Positions 1-9,830 of a stretch of DNA of 64,000 nt are shown here, piece by piece. The position numbers were made by a program, and so were the translations under genes. This DNA is from Promethearchaeota archaeon (GTDB lineage: Archaea > Asgardarchaeota > Lokiarchaeia > Sigyniarchaeales > SOKP01), in NCBI GenBank assembly GCA_029838195.1, contig JALGVJ010000016.1, forward strand, positions 29,733 to 93,732, given 5' to 3'. The notes below the pieces were generated by a model. That model ran no database searches and was not told where the DNA came from. It saw only the letters and a program-made list of their open reading frames with translations. The first letter of the stretch is position 1; each line of letters opens with the position of its first letter.

Positions 1-571
1 TTACAGCTTCCAGCATCGTAATGCCTCGAACGGGATCCCCTCCAATTCCAATAAATGCCGTTAGCCCTAATCCCGAAACTTTCAAAAAATGAGCAATTTC
101 ATAAGAAAGAGTACCACTCTTTGAAATTAAAGCAATTTCTCCCGGTAAACTCAAGTCATTTGGCATGATTCCTAATTTTATTTGATTCGGAATTAGAATT
201 CCTGGCGTATTAGGACCCAAGATACGGGCTTTTCTTTTTCTTGCCAAGTCAATGATTCGAATTACGTCATGAACGGGTATATTTTCCGTGATAATACATA
301 TAAAACCTATTCCGGCGAATAAACTTTCTTCAACGGCTTCTCGAGCAAATCTCGCAGGTACAAATACAATGCTGGTATCAGCATCGTGTTCTTTAACCGC
401 TTCTTTGACAGTACTATACACGGGAATTCCATGGATTTCTTGCCCTCCTTTATTGGGAGTAACACCAGCTACTACATTCGTGCCGAAATCTAACATTAAC
501 TTGGCATGAAATTTTCCTTGATTTCCCGTAATACCTTGAATTATAACTCGAGAATTTTTATTGATATACAT
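1..571 (-). CDS. sucD: Succinyl-CoA synthetase alpha subunit (5' part; runs off the window start)
   Basis: ATG at 571 reads MYINKNSRVIIQGITGNQGKFHAKLMLDFGTNVVAGVTPNKGGQ...GPNTPG...ISKSGTLSYE...IGIGGDP, the SucD pattern; directly downstream of sucC. Not in the ORF track because there is no stop in the window. Confidence 0.9.
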   Translation of the reverse strand, partial: MYINKNSRVIIQGITGNQGKFHAKLMLDFGTNVVAGVTPNKGGQEIHGIPVYSTVKEAVKEHDADTSIVFVPARFAREAVEESLFAGIGFICIITENIPVHDVIRIIDLARKRKARILGPNTPGILIPNQIKLGIMPNDLSLPGEIALISKSGTLSYEIAHFLKVSGLGLTAFIGIGGDPVRGITMLEAV

Positions 572-594
572 GGTCGTTTTTACTCCTAATTATT

Positions 595-1716
595 TCAATG
601 GATAATTTCTTTTATATTGTTAATGGCTTCCATTAAATCTTCATGAGCATGTATTCCTTCGCTTTTAAGAAGTTCTATTCCTTCACGATTCTTGTTTCCC
701 ATGAGCCGGATGATAAGGGGTGGCATTGTTTTAAAGGATTTTATTCCTTGAAGGATACCTTTAGCTATAACATCGCATCTAGTTATTCCTCCGAATACAT
801 TAATGAATATTGCTTTAGGATTTAAATCTAAAATTAAATGCAATGCTTTATAAACTCTCTGAGAACTTGCTCCTCCACCAATATCTAAAAAATTTGCGGG
901 TTTAATTCCCATATCACGCAAAATATCAATCAAGGCTAAGGTGAGACCTGCTCCATTTCCTATAATGCCCACGTCTCCATCAAGTTTTACGAAAAAGAGA
1001 TCATTTTCCTTAGCATATTTTTCTAGTTTCGAGTATTTCTTTTCTTGAAGTTGTTGTAAAAATGGCTGGCGATAAAAGGCATTTTCATCTACAATAATTT
1101 TTCCGTCTAATGCAACGAATCCTGAAGGTGTTAATGCTAAAGGATTAATTTCTACCATTAATGCTTCAATATTCGTGCAAATCTCCCATAACTTAAGAAA
1201 TAGATGAGTAAACTCCTCGATTTGTCCATTTTTCACTCCCAAATTAAGGGCCATTTCTCGAGCCTTTTTCTTGCTCAATCCTTCCGTAAGCGTGAAATTT
1301 GTTCTAAAAATTGCACTTGGATTAGCCCTAGCAACTTCTTCAATTTCTATGCCGCCTTTAGCACTAGCTAATAGAGAAAATTGCCGTTCTGAAGCATCCA
1401 ATACAATAGAGCAGTAATATTCGTGAATTATATTCGCTAATTTTTCAACTAAAGTCGCTTCTACCGAATATCCTCCAATCTTTTTGTTTAAAAATTGTTT
1501 ACAAAGACTAATTCCTTCTTGGTAATTTTTAGCAATTTTTATTAACCCTGCCTTTTTCCTACTCCCGATCGCAATTTGAGACTTAATTATTGCTGGAAAG
1601 GAAAATATTCTTAATTTTTTCTCGGGATCATCGCCTCGAGTCACCAATAATCGTTCTAACAGAGGAATTCCAAATTGCTGGAAAATTTCCTTACTTTCAT
1701 GTTCAAGTAGTCGCAT
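595..1716 (-). CDS. sucC: Succinyl-CoA synthetase beta subunit (ATP-grasp)
   Basis: MRLLEHESK start, KSQIAIGSRKKAG, EINPL, GIIGNGAGL, ANFLDIGGG, NVFGGITRCD motifs. Confidence 0.9.
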   Translation of the reverse strand: MRLLEHESKEIFQQFGIPLLERLLVTRGDDPEKKLRIFSFPAIIKSQIAIGSRKKAGLIKIAKNYQEGISLCKQFLNKKIGGYSVEATLVEKLANIIHEYYCSIVLDASERQFSLLASAKGGIEIEEVARANPSAIFRTNFTLTEGLSKKKAREMALNLGVKNGQIEEFTHLFLKLWEICTNIEALMVEINPLALTPSGFVALDGKIIVDENAFYRQPFLQQLQEKKYSKLEKYAKENDLFFVKLDGDVGIIGNGAGLTLALIDILRDMGIKPANFLDIGGGASSQRVYKALHLILDLNPKAIFINVFGGITRCDVIAKGILQGIKSFKTMPPLIIRLMGNKNREGIELLKSEGIHAHEDLMEAINNIKEIIH

Positions 1717-1719
1717 TTA

Positions 1720-1968
1720 TCATCTAACTCCTTTTTTATAATGAGATCCAAAAAGGATTGCGTCTGAATTTTTAATAATATCGAACGATTTTTCGGGAAG
1801 TGGAGTTCCGTGTTTTTTATAAACACCAGCTCCGGCGGATGCTTTATGAAACTTAAATTTAAAATCGGTATATTTAGAGATTACTTTTAATATTTTAACT
1901 CCTTCTTCCACTACTTCGGGTCCAATTCCATCTCCCCTAATAATTACAATTTTAGAAGCCAAACTCAT
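1720..1968 (-). pseudogene. Truncated isocitrate/isopropylmalate dehydrogenase family gene (N-terminal 82 aa only)
   Basis: IVIIRGDGIGPEVV...TPLPEKSFDIIKNSDAILFG is the family N-terminus; the ORF stops just before sucC and the catalytic core is absent. Confidence 0.75.
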
Positions 1969-2384
1969 TTAACACTTCTCCACAATCTTTTTTAACTGCT
2001 CATGAATCTCCTTGTTTTTTTCTAGAGTTCTCCTTGTTAATGGAAAAAAAAATAATAATTCAGATAAAAGATAAAAAATTCTTTAATATAAAAATCTAAC
2101 ATGACATTTCATGATTTAATTAAATAATGGATGATTTTTACCTATCAAAAATTTATAAAAAGATAATATTCGGAATGATGGATACCTATTACTTTAATTT
2201 AAGAATCTACAATAATGAGAAGAAAAAATTCTATTCTATTTTGGAATCAATTAAAATTAGCTTCATTGATTTCTTCTCAAATCACGATTTTCTTAGAAGT
2301 CTGCTAAAAATCTCCATTTTTTTATAAAAAAAACAAAATAGTCTCTTCTATTCTTCTTGGAATATTTAAGTTTTTCTGTAATTT

Positions 2385-3608
2385 CTACATTCTTTCCACT
2401 AATATTGAAAGGATATTATTACCAAACCCTCCAAAATTACAGGTTATTCCGGTTGTAGCGCCCTCCACTTGCCTTTTTCCTGCTTCACCACGCAACTGCC
2501 AGACCAATTCTACTACCTGTGCCACGCCTGTAGCTCCCAAGGGATGCCCTCTTGCCTTTAAACCGCCCGAGGGATTAATGGGGATCATTCCTCCAATTTT
2601 TGTCAATCCTTCATGAGCCGCTTTGGCGCCCTCCCCTTTTTTGAAAAATCCAATATCCTCACTTTGTACTGCTTCTAATATTTCGAAAGCATCATGAAGT
2701 TCTGCAACATCAATATCTTCAGGTGTTTTATGAGCCATTTTATAGGCTTGTTGCGAACAGAGACGAAGTGCATTTAAAACGGTAACATCCTCCCGTTCAT
2801 GAACAACGTGCGTGTCTGTAGCTTGTCCTATTCCTGAAATCAAAATGGGCGTATCACTGTATTTTTTTGCCAATTTTTCCTTACATAAAACTACTGCAGC
2901 AGCACCATCTGAAATTGGACAAATGTGAAAGAGTCTTAATGGGGCGGCTATTATTGGATTCACGCTATCATCTTTTAAAAATTCATGAACGTTATTCCAT
3001 TGTCCCTTTCCCTTTTTCATCGCACTTTCCATGAAATCATGAATAGTTCTCTGAAAGTGGGCATATGGATTTAATGCACCATTCTCATGATTCTTGATGG
3101 CTATGTCTGAAATCCATTCTAGTTTAGCATTATATTTTTGAAGATATGTTCTTGTTAGCAAGCCAGCAAATGCAGGAAGCGAAATGCCATGAATTCTTTC
3201 TGCTTCGGGATGTGTAATAGTAGCCACAGTCGACGTTATAAAGCCAGGGGTTGTAACATGGGTCATTTTCTCTCCTCCCACGACTAATACTAAATCTGCC
3301 ATTCCCGATGCAATCGCTTGAAAACCCGCCTTAATCGCCGAAGAGCCACTGGCAGGACCATTTTTAATGTGATCGGCAGCGGCAGGTATCATATTTATTT
3401 TATCGACTAAGGCAGAGGCAATTCCCGAAATATTATTCAAAGCATCCGAACTCATGGCTCCCACGTAAACGGCATCAAAATCTTCTTGACCGGTGTTAGA
3501 ATCTTCCATTGCCATTAAAGAAGCTTCCGCAAGTAGATCTACTAATCCTTTCTCTTTTAAAATGCCGAATTTTGTATGCCCTACACCTATAATACATGCT
3601 TTTTCCAA
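2385..3608 (-). CDS. Thiolase-superfamily protein, SCP-x/Ltp2-like, lacking the canonical catalytic Cys
   Basis: IIGVGHTKFG, GGEKMT, NHENGALNPYAHFQ, PISDGAAA, ELHDAF, NPSGGLKARGHPLGATG; NGPASG where NACASG is expected. Confidence 0.85.
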   Translation of the reverse strand: MEKACIIGVGHTKFGILKEKGLVDLLAEASLMAMEDSNTGQEDFDAVYVGAMSSDALNNISGIASALVDKINMIPAAADHIKNGPASGSSAIKAGFQAIASGMADLVLVVGGEKMTHVTTPGFITSTVATITHPEAERIHGISLPAFAGLLTRTYLQKYNAKLEWISDIAIKNHENGALNPYAHFQRTIHDFMESAMKKGKGQWNNVHEFLKDDSVNPIIAAPLRLFHICPISDGAAAVVLCKEKLAKKYSDTPILISGIGQATDTHVVHEREDVTVLNALRLCSQQAYKMAHKTPEDIDVAELHDAFEILEAVQSEDIGFFKKGEGAKAAHEGLTKIGGMIPINPSGGLKARGHPLGATGVAQVVELVWQLRGEAGKRQVEGATTGITCNFGGFGNNILSILVERM

Positions 3609-3750
3609 ATAAACACCTTATCTATAATATTCTTGGAAAACCATGGAGGTAAAAATTTAATGTGAAAAATAAATTTTCTTAAAAATTATCGAGAAATTAA
3701 TCTTGAGATCTTCCCCTCATTCATTCATGTTCATGAAAAAATCCATGAGT

Positions 3751-3786
3751 TAACGAAAATTTCATGAATTAATGAAAATTTCATGA
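3751..3786. repeat. Tandem 17-bp direct repeat TAAYGAAAATTTCATGA (period 19) in a divergent promoter region
   Basis: Copies at 3751-3767 and 3770-3786 with one mismatch; degenerate third copy near 3735-3748. Confidence 0.5.
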
Positions 3787-3831
3787 GATAAAACCAAAAA
3801 ATATATTAAATTACCGGTATTTTAAAAATTA

Positions 3832-4509
3832 ATGGAGACAAAATCAAATAATAATTCTACACCAACGTGTCAATCTACTTTAAACCCTACCAACTGGAAT
3901 GGTAGATCCATTGAAATTGACGATGCGGGTACGGGTGATCTGGTAGGAGATGCTTTTATTGGGTATCGAGATACCGGTAGTGGAAAAATCATTTTTAAAG
4001 CCGTACCAGTAGAATTTTATAAAGAAAAATATCGAGGAGAAGATCGTTCGAAAGAATGTATTCTAAAACTTACGCTAGAAGCCCTCGAAGAGTTAAAATT
4101 TAGCAAAGAAAACGATAGAATCTTGCTTTGTAGGGGCAATTGTTTTGATCGAGTAAGAGAATATTTTGAAGAAAATAAGATCTATCATGAACCCGCCATA
4201 ATTGAAGGCGAATTACAAGAAGCCGTTGAAACCAAGTACATTCAACATTTACGTAAGTTAGGTGTTAAATCTAAAAACTTAACTACTGAATCGGGGGCTA
4301 AACGTTATTTTATTCTTTTTAATTGGGTTTGTAGAGATTTTCCTAATCGCGAAAAATACGTTAAAACGGGATTTCCTTCGTGGAATAAAAAATGGAGAAA
4401 AATAGCCATGGAAAGATATGAAAAATATCAAAAACCTAAGAAAAAAGATCAAAAAATAAAACAAATCCGAGAAAGAGCAAATATTATTTTAAAGAACTTC
4501 TCCAAATAA
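3832..4509 (+). CDS. Hypothetical protein with RNase HII-like N-terminal motif
   Basis: IEIDDAGTGDLVGDAFIG resembles the RNase HII GVDEAGRG-x-x-G strand; the rest is not recognised. Confidence 0.6.
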   Translation: METKSNNNSTPTCQSTLNPTNWNGRSIEIDDAGTGDLVGDAFIGYRDTGSGKIIFKAVPVEFYKEKYRGEDRSKECILKLTLEALEELKFSKENDRILLCRGNCFDRVREYFEENKIYHEPAIIEGELQEAVETKYIQHLRKLGVKSKNLTTESGAKRYFILFNWVCRDFPNREKYVKTGFPSWNKKWRKIAMERYEKYQKPKKKDQKIKQIRERANIILKNFSK

Positions 4510-4535
4510 AAAAATGTAATTTTTAAACTTAATTT

Positions 4536-4557
4536 GTAATTATAAAGTGTTCTGATC
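4536..4557 (+). repeat. IS66 terminal inverted repeat
   Basis: GTAATTATAAAGTGTTCTGATC. Confidence 0.95.
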
Positions 4558-4765
4558 AAAATAGAGGTTACTAATCCTAATTAATTAATCTACCTGATGA
4601 AATAAATTGGGATGATCAATGGTTCAAAACGTGGTATCCGTTCAAGAACATCAATCCTCAAAACCCACGTTTAGCCTGTATCACGAAGAAAAAGCACTCT
4701 TTTGAACCTTCTATCCACTACCCTGCGCTATCGATACGTTTCCTAAATTAATGCTTGAAAACCGT

Positions 4766-6433
4766 TTAAAAGCCGATCGCTTTCAGCACGGGGGTGATCT
4801 TTCCTAAAAGCACCAGGTGTAAGGCTTTCCCGAAGTCCATGCCATGTTTCTTACAGGTCTGGAGGAGGGAGAGGTATAAAGTAAAAGAGTCCATGACCTC
4901 CTCGCTCTTGAAATCGTAGCTTGTTTTTCGCATGATGACAAAGGGACGGAGTTCCCTTTCCGCCGCATTGTTATCGGGCGGGATGCCGGGATGCTTTAAA
5001 TAGGTGAAGAGATACGGTTCATGGCGCCTCATTCGTTCAATGAGGCGCTTTAGATCGCCGTCCACCGCCCCCTCGGCTTCTATTTTCTCAATTAACGCTC
5101 TCAATTGCCGTACGGCATCCTCTTCCGTCGCCCGGATCTCGGGTTTGGCTTGATAACTAAGCGGGGTATTTTCATCCCCCCAAGCTTGTTTAAAAAACGA
5201 GTATAATAAGAACGCATGCTTCATTTTTTGCCGTTCTTTCCTGATTGTTTCCTCACATTCCTTGCGCTCTTCCTCGGAGAGGGGTATCGGGCGCTTCTTT
5301 GGTCGCCCCCGCTTTTTTTTCACGGTATTTTCTTTCATCTTCTCTTCTTTTTGCTGGGCATCCTCCTTTAACCGGGCTCTGAGCTTTTGGCACGTGGATT
5401 CCCCCTTCATCATGATGACCTTTAAGTCTTTTACCAGGTGAGCCAAGCATTTCTGTTGCTCCTGCGTGAGGCCAAGATAAGGTCTCCAAAAATCCGTGAT
5501 CAACACTCCTCCAAAATCCTCGAAGAATTTCTCAATTGCCCTACGGCTTCTCGAGGCGTGCGGGAGAAACAAGGTGAAAAACGTGGTAGTAATGACCCAG
5601 AGCCACCAATTTCCTCCCTTCATCGGCAATCCTGTCTCATCAGCATGAACGTACCTTGCTTCTTTTAACTTTTTCAAGCATTCTAAATAAAATTCTTCCA
5701 GATGAGCACCATGTTTCTTGAACCAATCAATAATGGAGGTAATTGAAATTAAACGGTTCAAATGAGGGATCCAGCGTTCAAACTCCACTAATATTTTGGA
5801 GTAAGAATGCTTGGATTCGATGCGGGATTGCATGACGGTAGCGATGAAGCCGAACCCAAAATGACAGTTTTTTAACACCCCGAAATCGATATTCACGAGC
5901 TTTTTACAAGCTTTACAGCGATAGCGATGGAGGATATATTTCGTAATCACTAAGGATCTATTGTGCTTTCCAACGACCAAATCCAGCATCACGTGGTCCC
6001 AAGTACCGCCCGCTTTTCTCAGCTTGTCGCTCCCGGCACCGCATTGCGGGCATTTTTTAAGGTGAACGTGGACCACGGAATCGATTTGTTCTTCAGGCGG
6101 TCGCCTCCACGTGTCGCCGTTACTCCCCTTGGGCTTGCCTCGCTTTTTTCCCCTGTCATTTCCTCCTAAGTCCGGGCTATCACGCCTTTTGCCCTTGTCT
6201 TTTCGCTGCTTCCTCTTCTGCTCGAAATGCTTACGGGTTTTTTTATTTTCTTCCTGCCAGGTCTCAATCAATTCCTTTTTGACTTCTTTTTTCTGGCGTG
6301 TAAGATTAATTTCGGGCGGCTCATCCGGCATGGAGTGAGCCAAGCACCGTTCCGCTCTCAACTCAAGATATTTTTTGGCTAAAATGAAGAGACCGAAAAG
6401 TAATAAAAAATGGAGGATGTAATAAACCAGCAT
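4766..6433 (-). CDS. IS66-family DDE transposase (TnpC-like)
   Basis: Zn finger CPQC...CKAC, VHADETG, WLWV, LITDFW, QKCLAHL, PPDNNAAERELRP. Confidence 0.93.
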   Translation of the reverse strand: MLVYYILHFLLLFGLFILAKKYLELRAERCLAHSMPDEPPEINLTRQKKEVKKELIETWQEENKKTRKHFEQKRKQRKDKGKRRDSPDLGGNDRGKKRGKPKGSNGDTWRRPPEEQIDSVVHVHLKKCPQCGAGSDKLRKAGGTWDHVMLDLVVGKHNRSLVITKYILHRYRCKACKKLVNIDFGVLKNCHFGFGFIATVMQSRIESKHSYSKILVEFERWIPHLNRLISITSIIDWFKKHGAHLEEFYLECLKKLKEARYVHADETGLPMKGGNWWLWVITTTFFTLFLPHASRSRRAIEKFFEDFGGVLITDFWRPYLGLTQEQQKCLAHLVKDLKVIMMKGESTCQKLRARLKEDAQQKEEKMKENTVKKKRGRPKKRPIPLSEEERKECEETIRKERQKMKHAFLLYSFFKQAWGDENTPLSYQAKPEIRATEEDAVRQLRALIEKIEAEGAVDGDLKRLIERMRRHEPYLFTYLKHPGIPPDNNAAERELRPFVIMRKTSYDFKSEEVMDSFTLYLSLLQTCKKHGMDFGKALHLVLLGKITPVLKAIGF

Positions 6434-6500
6434 GTCATGGAGATATTACATGCCTTGGTATAAGAAACAGAATATCACGTAGAAAATATATTTATAAAGG

Positions 6501-6522
6501 GATCAGAATACTTTATAATTAC
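6501..6522 (-). repeat. IS66 terminal inverted repeat
   Basis: Reverse complement is GTAATTATAAAGTATTCTGATC. Confidence 0.95.
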
Positions 6523-6774
6523 CTTAATTTTTTTAAAAACTTAACGAAATGCATATTTCTTCTTAAAAATTATTTCTTCTAATATATAATTGAAGTTCAA
6601 TTCAATACTTCATGTTTTTTCAATGGTATTTAATATTTAATGCTTTTTCATAGATGAAAAAGTTTTGACAAAACCATTAATAAACAAATGAAATCAAGAA
6701 TTTAATACGAAAATACATGGAATTGATTAAATTATGATTTATTAATTCAAATTACGTTAAAACTTCGAAGAATT

Positions 6775-7641
6775 CTATTGTTTTAATAATTCAAATGCAG
6801 TCATCAGTACCCAAGTAAAAATATTTATCGTCAAAATCCATTCCACTAAGGGATTAAAGATAATGAGGAGTAAGAGCAAATTAGGCATGGTTAAGAATCC
6901 AATGATGACGTGATATAATTTATAAGCTTTTGATTTCAACATTAAAAAACTATAAAGAGTAATGTAAATTCCCGAGCCGATGAAACTAAAAATTGCTACA
7001 ACCCCATGAAAAATGAGAAAATAATCATAATAAACGGGATCGGGAAGAATTCCTACTAATGCTATGCATACTCCCGTAAGAACTGCAGTCCCTGTAGCAA
7101 TCCTTCGAATGAATTCATTAAGTCCTACCAAAGTTTTTTCTAAATATAATAAAAAGGGAATTCCCAAAGAACCTGAAACGACAAAAGCAATGCTAAAAAG
7201 AGTCCTTGCGGTTCCATATCCTAATGAACTCACGGTATTATATAGCGGATTATAATTTGGTGTTAATATAATTGATATAATTATAAGAATAAGAGCTATT
7301 AATGTTCCAATCAGTCCAAAATAAATTTCTAATTTGGATAAATGCGCCTCTACTATATGAATTAGTCTTTCATCAGATAAATCCTCACTAAGTAATTCTC
7401 TAATGAGCACTGATTTTTTTGGTAATACAAATAATTTATTAATTATTTCTTCAACTCCCTTTATTTGCCTTATTAATTTTTCAGCCCTACTTTTTTGCCA
7501 TATTGCAGTTAACGTTCCCTCTAAGGTCACTATCCCATCTTTCACGGTTGCTCTTATCTTGGCAACATCGATCATTTTATCTTTTTTAAGTTTTTTAATT
7601 ACTTCGTATTTAATTTTTGAATCTTTTTGATTTTCACTCAT
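6775..7641 (-). CDS. BON domain fused to a DUF998-like multi-pass membrane domain
   Basis: N-terminal IRATVKDGIVTLEG...AEKLIRQIKGVEEIINKL (BON); YNPLYNTVSSLG followed by about 6 hydrophobic helices with H and E-W residues (DUF998-like). Confidence 0.7.
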   Translation of the reverse strand: MSENQKDSKIKYEVIKKLKKDKMIDVAKIRATVKDGIVTLEGTLTAIWQKSRAEKLIRQIKGVEEIINKLFVLPKKSVLIRELLSEDLSDERLIHIVEAHLSKLEIYFGLIGTLIALILIIISIILTPNYNPLYNTVSSLGYGTARTLFSIAFVVSGSLGIPFLLYLEKTLVGLNEFIRRIATGTAVLTGVCIALVGILPDPVYYDYFLIFHGVVAIFSFIGSGIYITLYSFLMLKSKAYKLYHVIIGFLTMPNLLLLLIIFNPLVEWILTINIFTWVLMTAFELLKQ

Positions 7642-7817
7642 CTTAGTTCCCGATTAATTTTTGATTTCATTAAAATATCAATGGTATAAACATACCATGA
7701 AATTTAAAAATTAAAAATCTAAGGTATTATAGATAATTTTAAGATTTTTTACTGATAAATATTTAATAAAATTAAAGAAAAATTAAAAAAATTAAATGAA
7801 AAGCAAATTTTTTCTTT

Positions 7818-9218
7818 CTATTCTATTTTTTTCCTTTTCAACTCATGCAATTTTTTCGCTTTCTCTGTTATTTCATTATAAATTTCCTTAGTAAGAGGAG
7901 ATTTAATCATTGCGATTAATCCAATTAATAAAAAGATTGCAGGAAAGATAAAGAATAAACTTCTTAAACCAAAAATCGTTTGTTCGGATGTTCCAAGAGG
8001 ATCAAAAATTGCCCATCCAACAGAATTAAAAACCAATGCGATGCAAAGAAAAACAGCAACATTAGTAAGTTTTGCAATGAATCCATTAATACCATAGAAG
8101 CCTGCTTCTCTTCTTATACCATTTATTAATTCATCTTGGTCAATAATTGCAGAAATATTCACATCTCTAACAAATAAGGCTCCAGCTAATCCAATTCCTA
8201 ATAAGAAAAAAAATATAAATGCAAAAAACGCTCTAGAAATAAACATGAAGGGTACAAGGTTAAAAATTAAAATGACTATTGTTGCAATGAAAGCCTTTTT
8301 AATCCCAATTTTTTTGACCACGTGCTGCCAAAAGAATATAAATATGGCAGCAGAGATAAAACCAATTGCTAAAAACAGCGAAAGTATTAACGAATCATCA
8401 ATCTTTAGTACAAAACTTCCATATAACGGTAATATGGTCGGGATCATCCCAAAAACAAACCATACAGAAAAAGTTCCAACAATATGATGACGGAATGCTT
8501 TATTTTTAAAGGTATATTTTAGAGCAGTTAAAAAGGAAGGAGCGTTTTCTGGATCTTTTGAAAATTCTTTTCTTTCTTCGATTCCAAATTTAATAAAAAT
8601 GGTTGCAGAAACACTGCATAATATAGAAATGAAAATGGCTGCAAAGATGTAATTTTGATAATATTGAGGATCATCATATTTGGGAATGAAAAAGCTTGGT
8701 AAAATAAACGCAATCATCAAGGAACAGATTTGAAAAAATTGAATGATTGTATTGGCTTTTGCCCTCTGTTCTAAATTTCTAAACATTTCTGGAAATAGGG
8801 CTGTTTGATTTACACTCCACATTGTATAAAAGAATTCCCACGTAATGATGATGATTAAAAAATATAAAAATATGATTATCTGATCTCCAATTGGAGGTGT
8901 CCATAAAAAAATGTTAATTATCAATAATGGAATAATTCCTACAATAATGTAAGGTAGCCGACGCCCCCATCTTGTGCTTGTTTTATCTGAAATCGTTCCT
9001 AAAAGAGGATCATTAATAGCATTCCAAAAACTCCAAATAATGAAACCTATTGTGATGAGATTCACGTTTAATCCAATAACGGCATAATAGAAGGTAAAAA
9101 TGAGAAAGCTAAAAAATTGAAAGAGAACAACATCTGTAAAGCCAGCAAGACTATAAAAAATAGCTTTTTTCGTCGTATACTCATTAATTTTTCTGTTTTT
9201 ATTGTTCTTAACATTCAT
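7818..9218 (-). CDS. MFS transporter, glycoside-pentoside-hexuronide (MelB-like) family
   Basis: WNAINDPLLGTISDKTSTRWGRRLPY, DQDELINGIRREAGFYG; about 12 TM segments. Confidence 0.9.
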   Translation of the reverse strand: MNVKNNKNRKINEYTTKKAIFYSLAGFTDVVLFQFFSFLIFTFYYAVIGLNVNLITIGFIIWSFWNAINDPLLGTISDKTSTRWGRRLPYIIVGIIPLLIINIFLWTPPIGDQIIIFLYFLIIIITWEFFYTMWSVNQTALFPEMFRNLEQRAKANTIIQFFQICSLMIAFILPSFFIPKYDDPQYYQNYIFAAIFISILCSVSATIFIKFGIEERKEFSKDPENAPSFLTALKYTFKNKAFRHHIVGTFSVWFVFGMIPTILPLYGSFVLKIDDSLILSLFLAIGFISAAIFIFFWQHVVKKIGIKKAFIATIVILIFNLVPFMFISRAFFAFIFFFLLGIGLAGALFVRDVNISAIIDQDELINGIRREAGFYGINGFIAKLTNVAVFLCIALVFNSVGWAIFDPLGTSEQTIFGLRSLFFIFPAIFLLIGLIAMIKSPLTKEIYNEITEKAKKLHELKRKKIE

Positions 9219-9419
9219 AAGATATCGTTTTTCATGAAATAGTTAATTAGTATTTAATAGTGAGAGCATATATAAAGGATTAATTCTTTTCTCAATACGA
9301 TTAATAAAAAAGAGAAAGAATATAATTAACACTAAAAAGAGTTGAAAAAGAAATTTTAACTATTTGATCACTTATTTGAATAGAAAATATTTAATATGTA
9401 TTAATTTATAATAATTAAA

Positions 9420-9830
9420 ATGGGAAATTCAGAGCAAGCAGAACGCTGGATAAAACAAGCTAAAATCGATTATGAAAGTGCAATAAATAATTTAGAATTT
9501 AAGTCATTTGAGTTAGTTTGCTTTTTATCACATCAAGTTGCAGAAAAATCATTAAAAGCATTGTTATATAGCATTGGCCTAAGACCTTTTGGGCATTCTC
9601 TTAAAGAACTAGCAGAAACAATTGAAAAAGAAAACATGAACATAAAAATTCCTAAGGAATGCGTACTTGAATTGGATAAGCATTATATTGCCACGAGATA
9701 TCCGGATGCTTTTGTCTCGGGAATACCCCATGAATATTATTCAAAAAAAAATGCATTAAATTGTTTAAAATGGAGCAAAAAAATATTAGAATTAGCAAAA
9801 GATTACTTGAAAAGCATTGTAAAGAGTTAG
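9420..9830 (+). CDS. HEPN domain protein (COG2250-like)
   Basis: WIKQAKIDY, CFLSHQVAEKSLKALL, GHSL, LDKHYIATRYP. Confidence 0.9.
   Translation: MGNSEQAERWIKQAKIDYESAINNLEFKSFELVCFLSHQVAEKSLKALLYSIGLRPFGHSLKELAETIEKENMNIKIPKECVLELDKHYIATRYPDAFVSGIPHEYYSKKNALNCLKWSKKILELAKDYLKSIVKS

Larger units (their letters stand above)
4536..6522 (-). mobile_element. IS66-family insertion sequence, single-ORF (ISBst12-like) organisation, 1987 bp
   Basis: 22-bp terminal inverted repeats starting GTAA (4536-4557 and 6501-6522, one mismatch); 8-bp target duplication CTTAATTT (4528-4535, 6523-6530); interior visibly more GC-rich than flanks. Confidence 0.95.
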
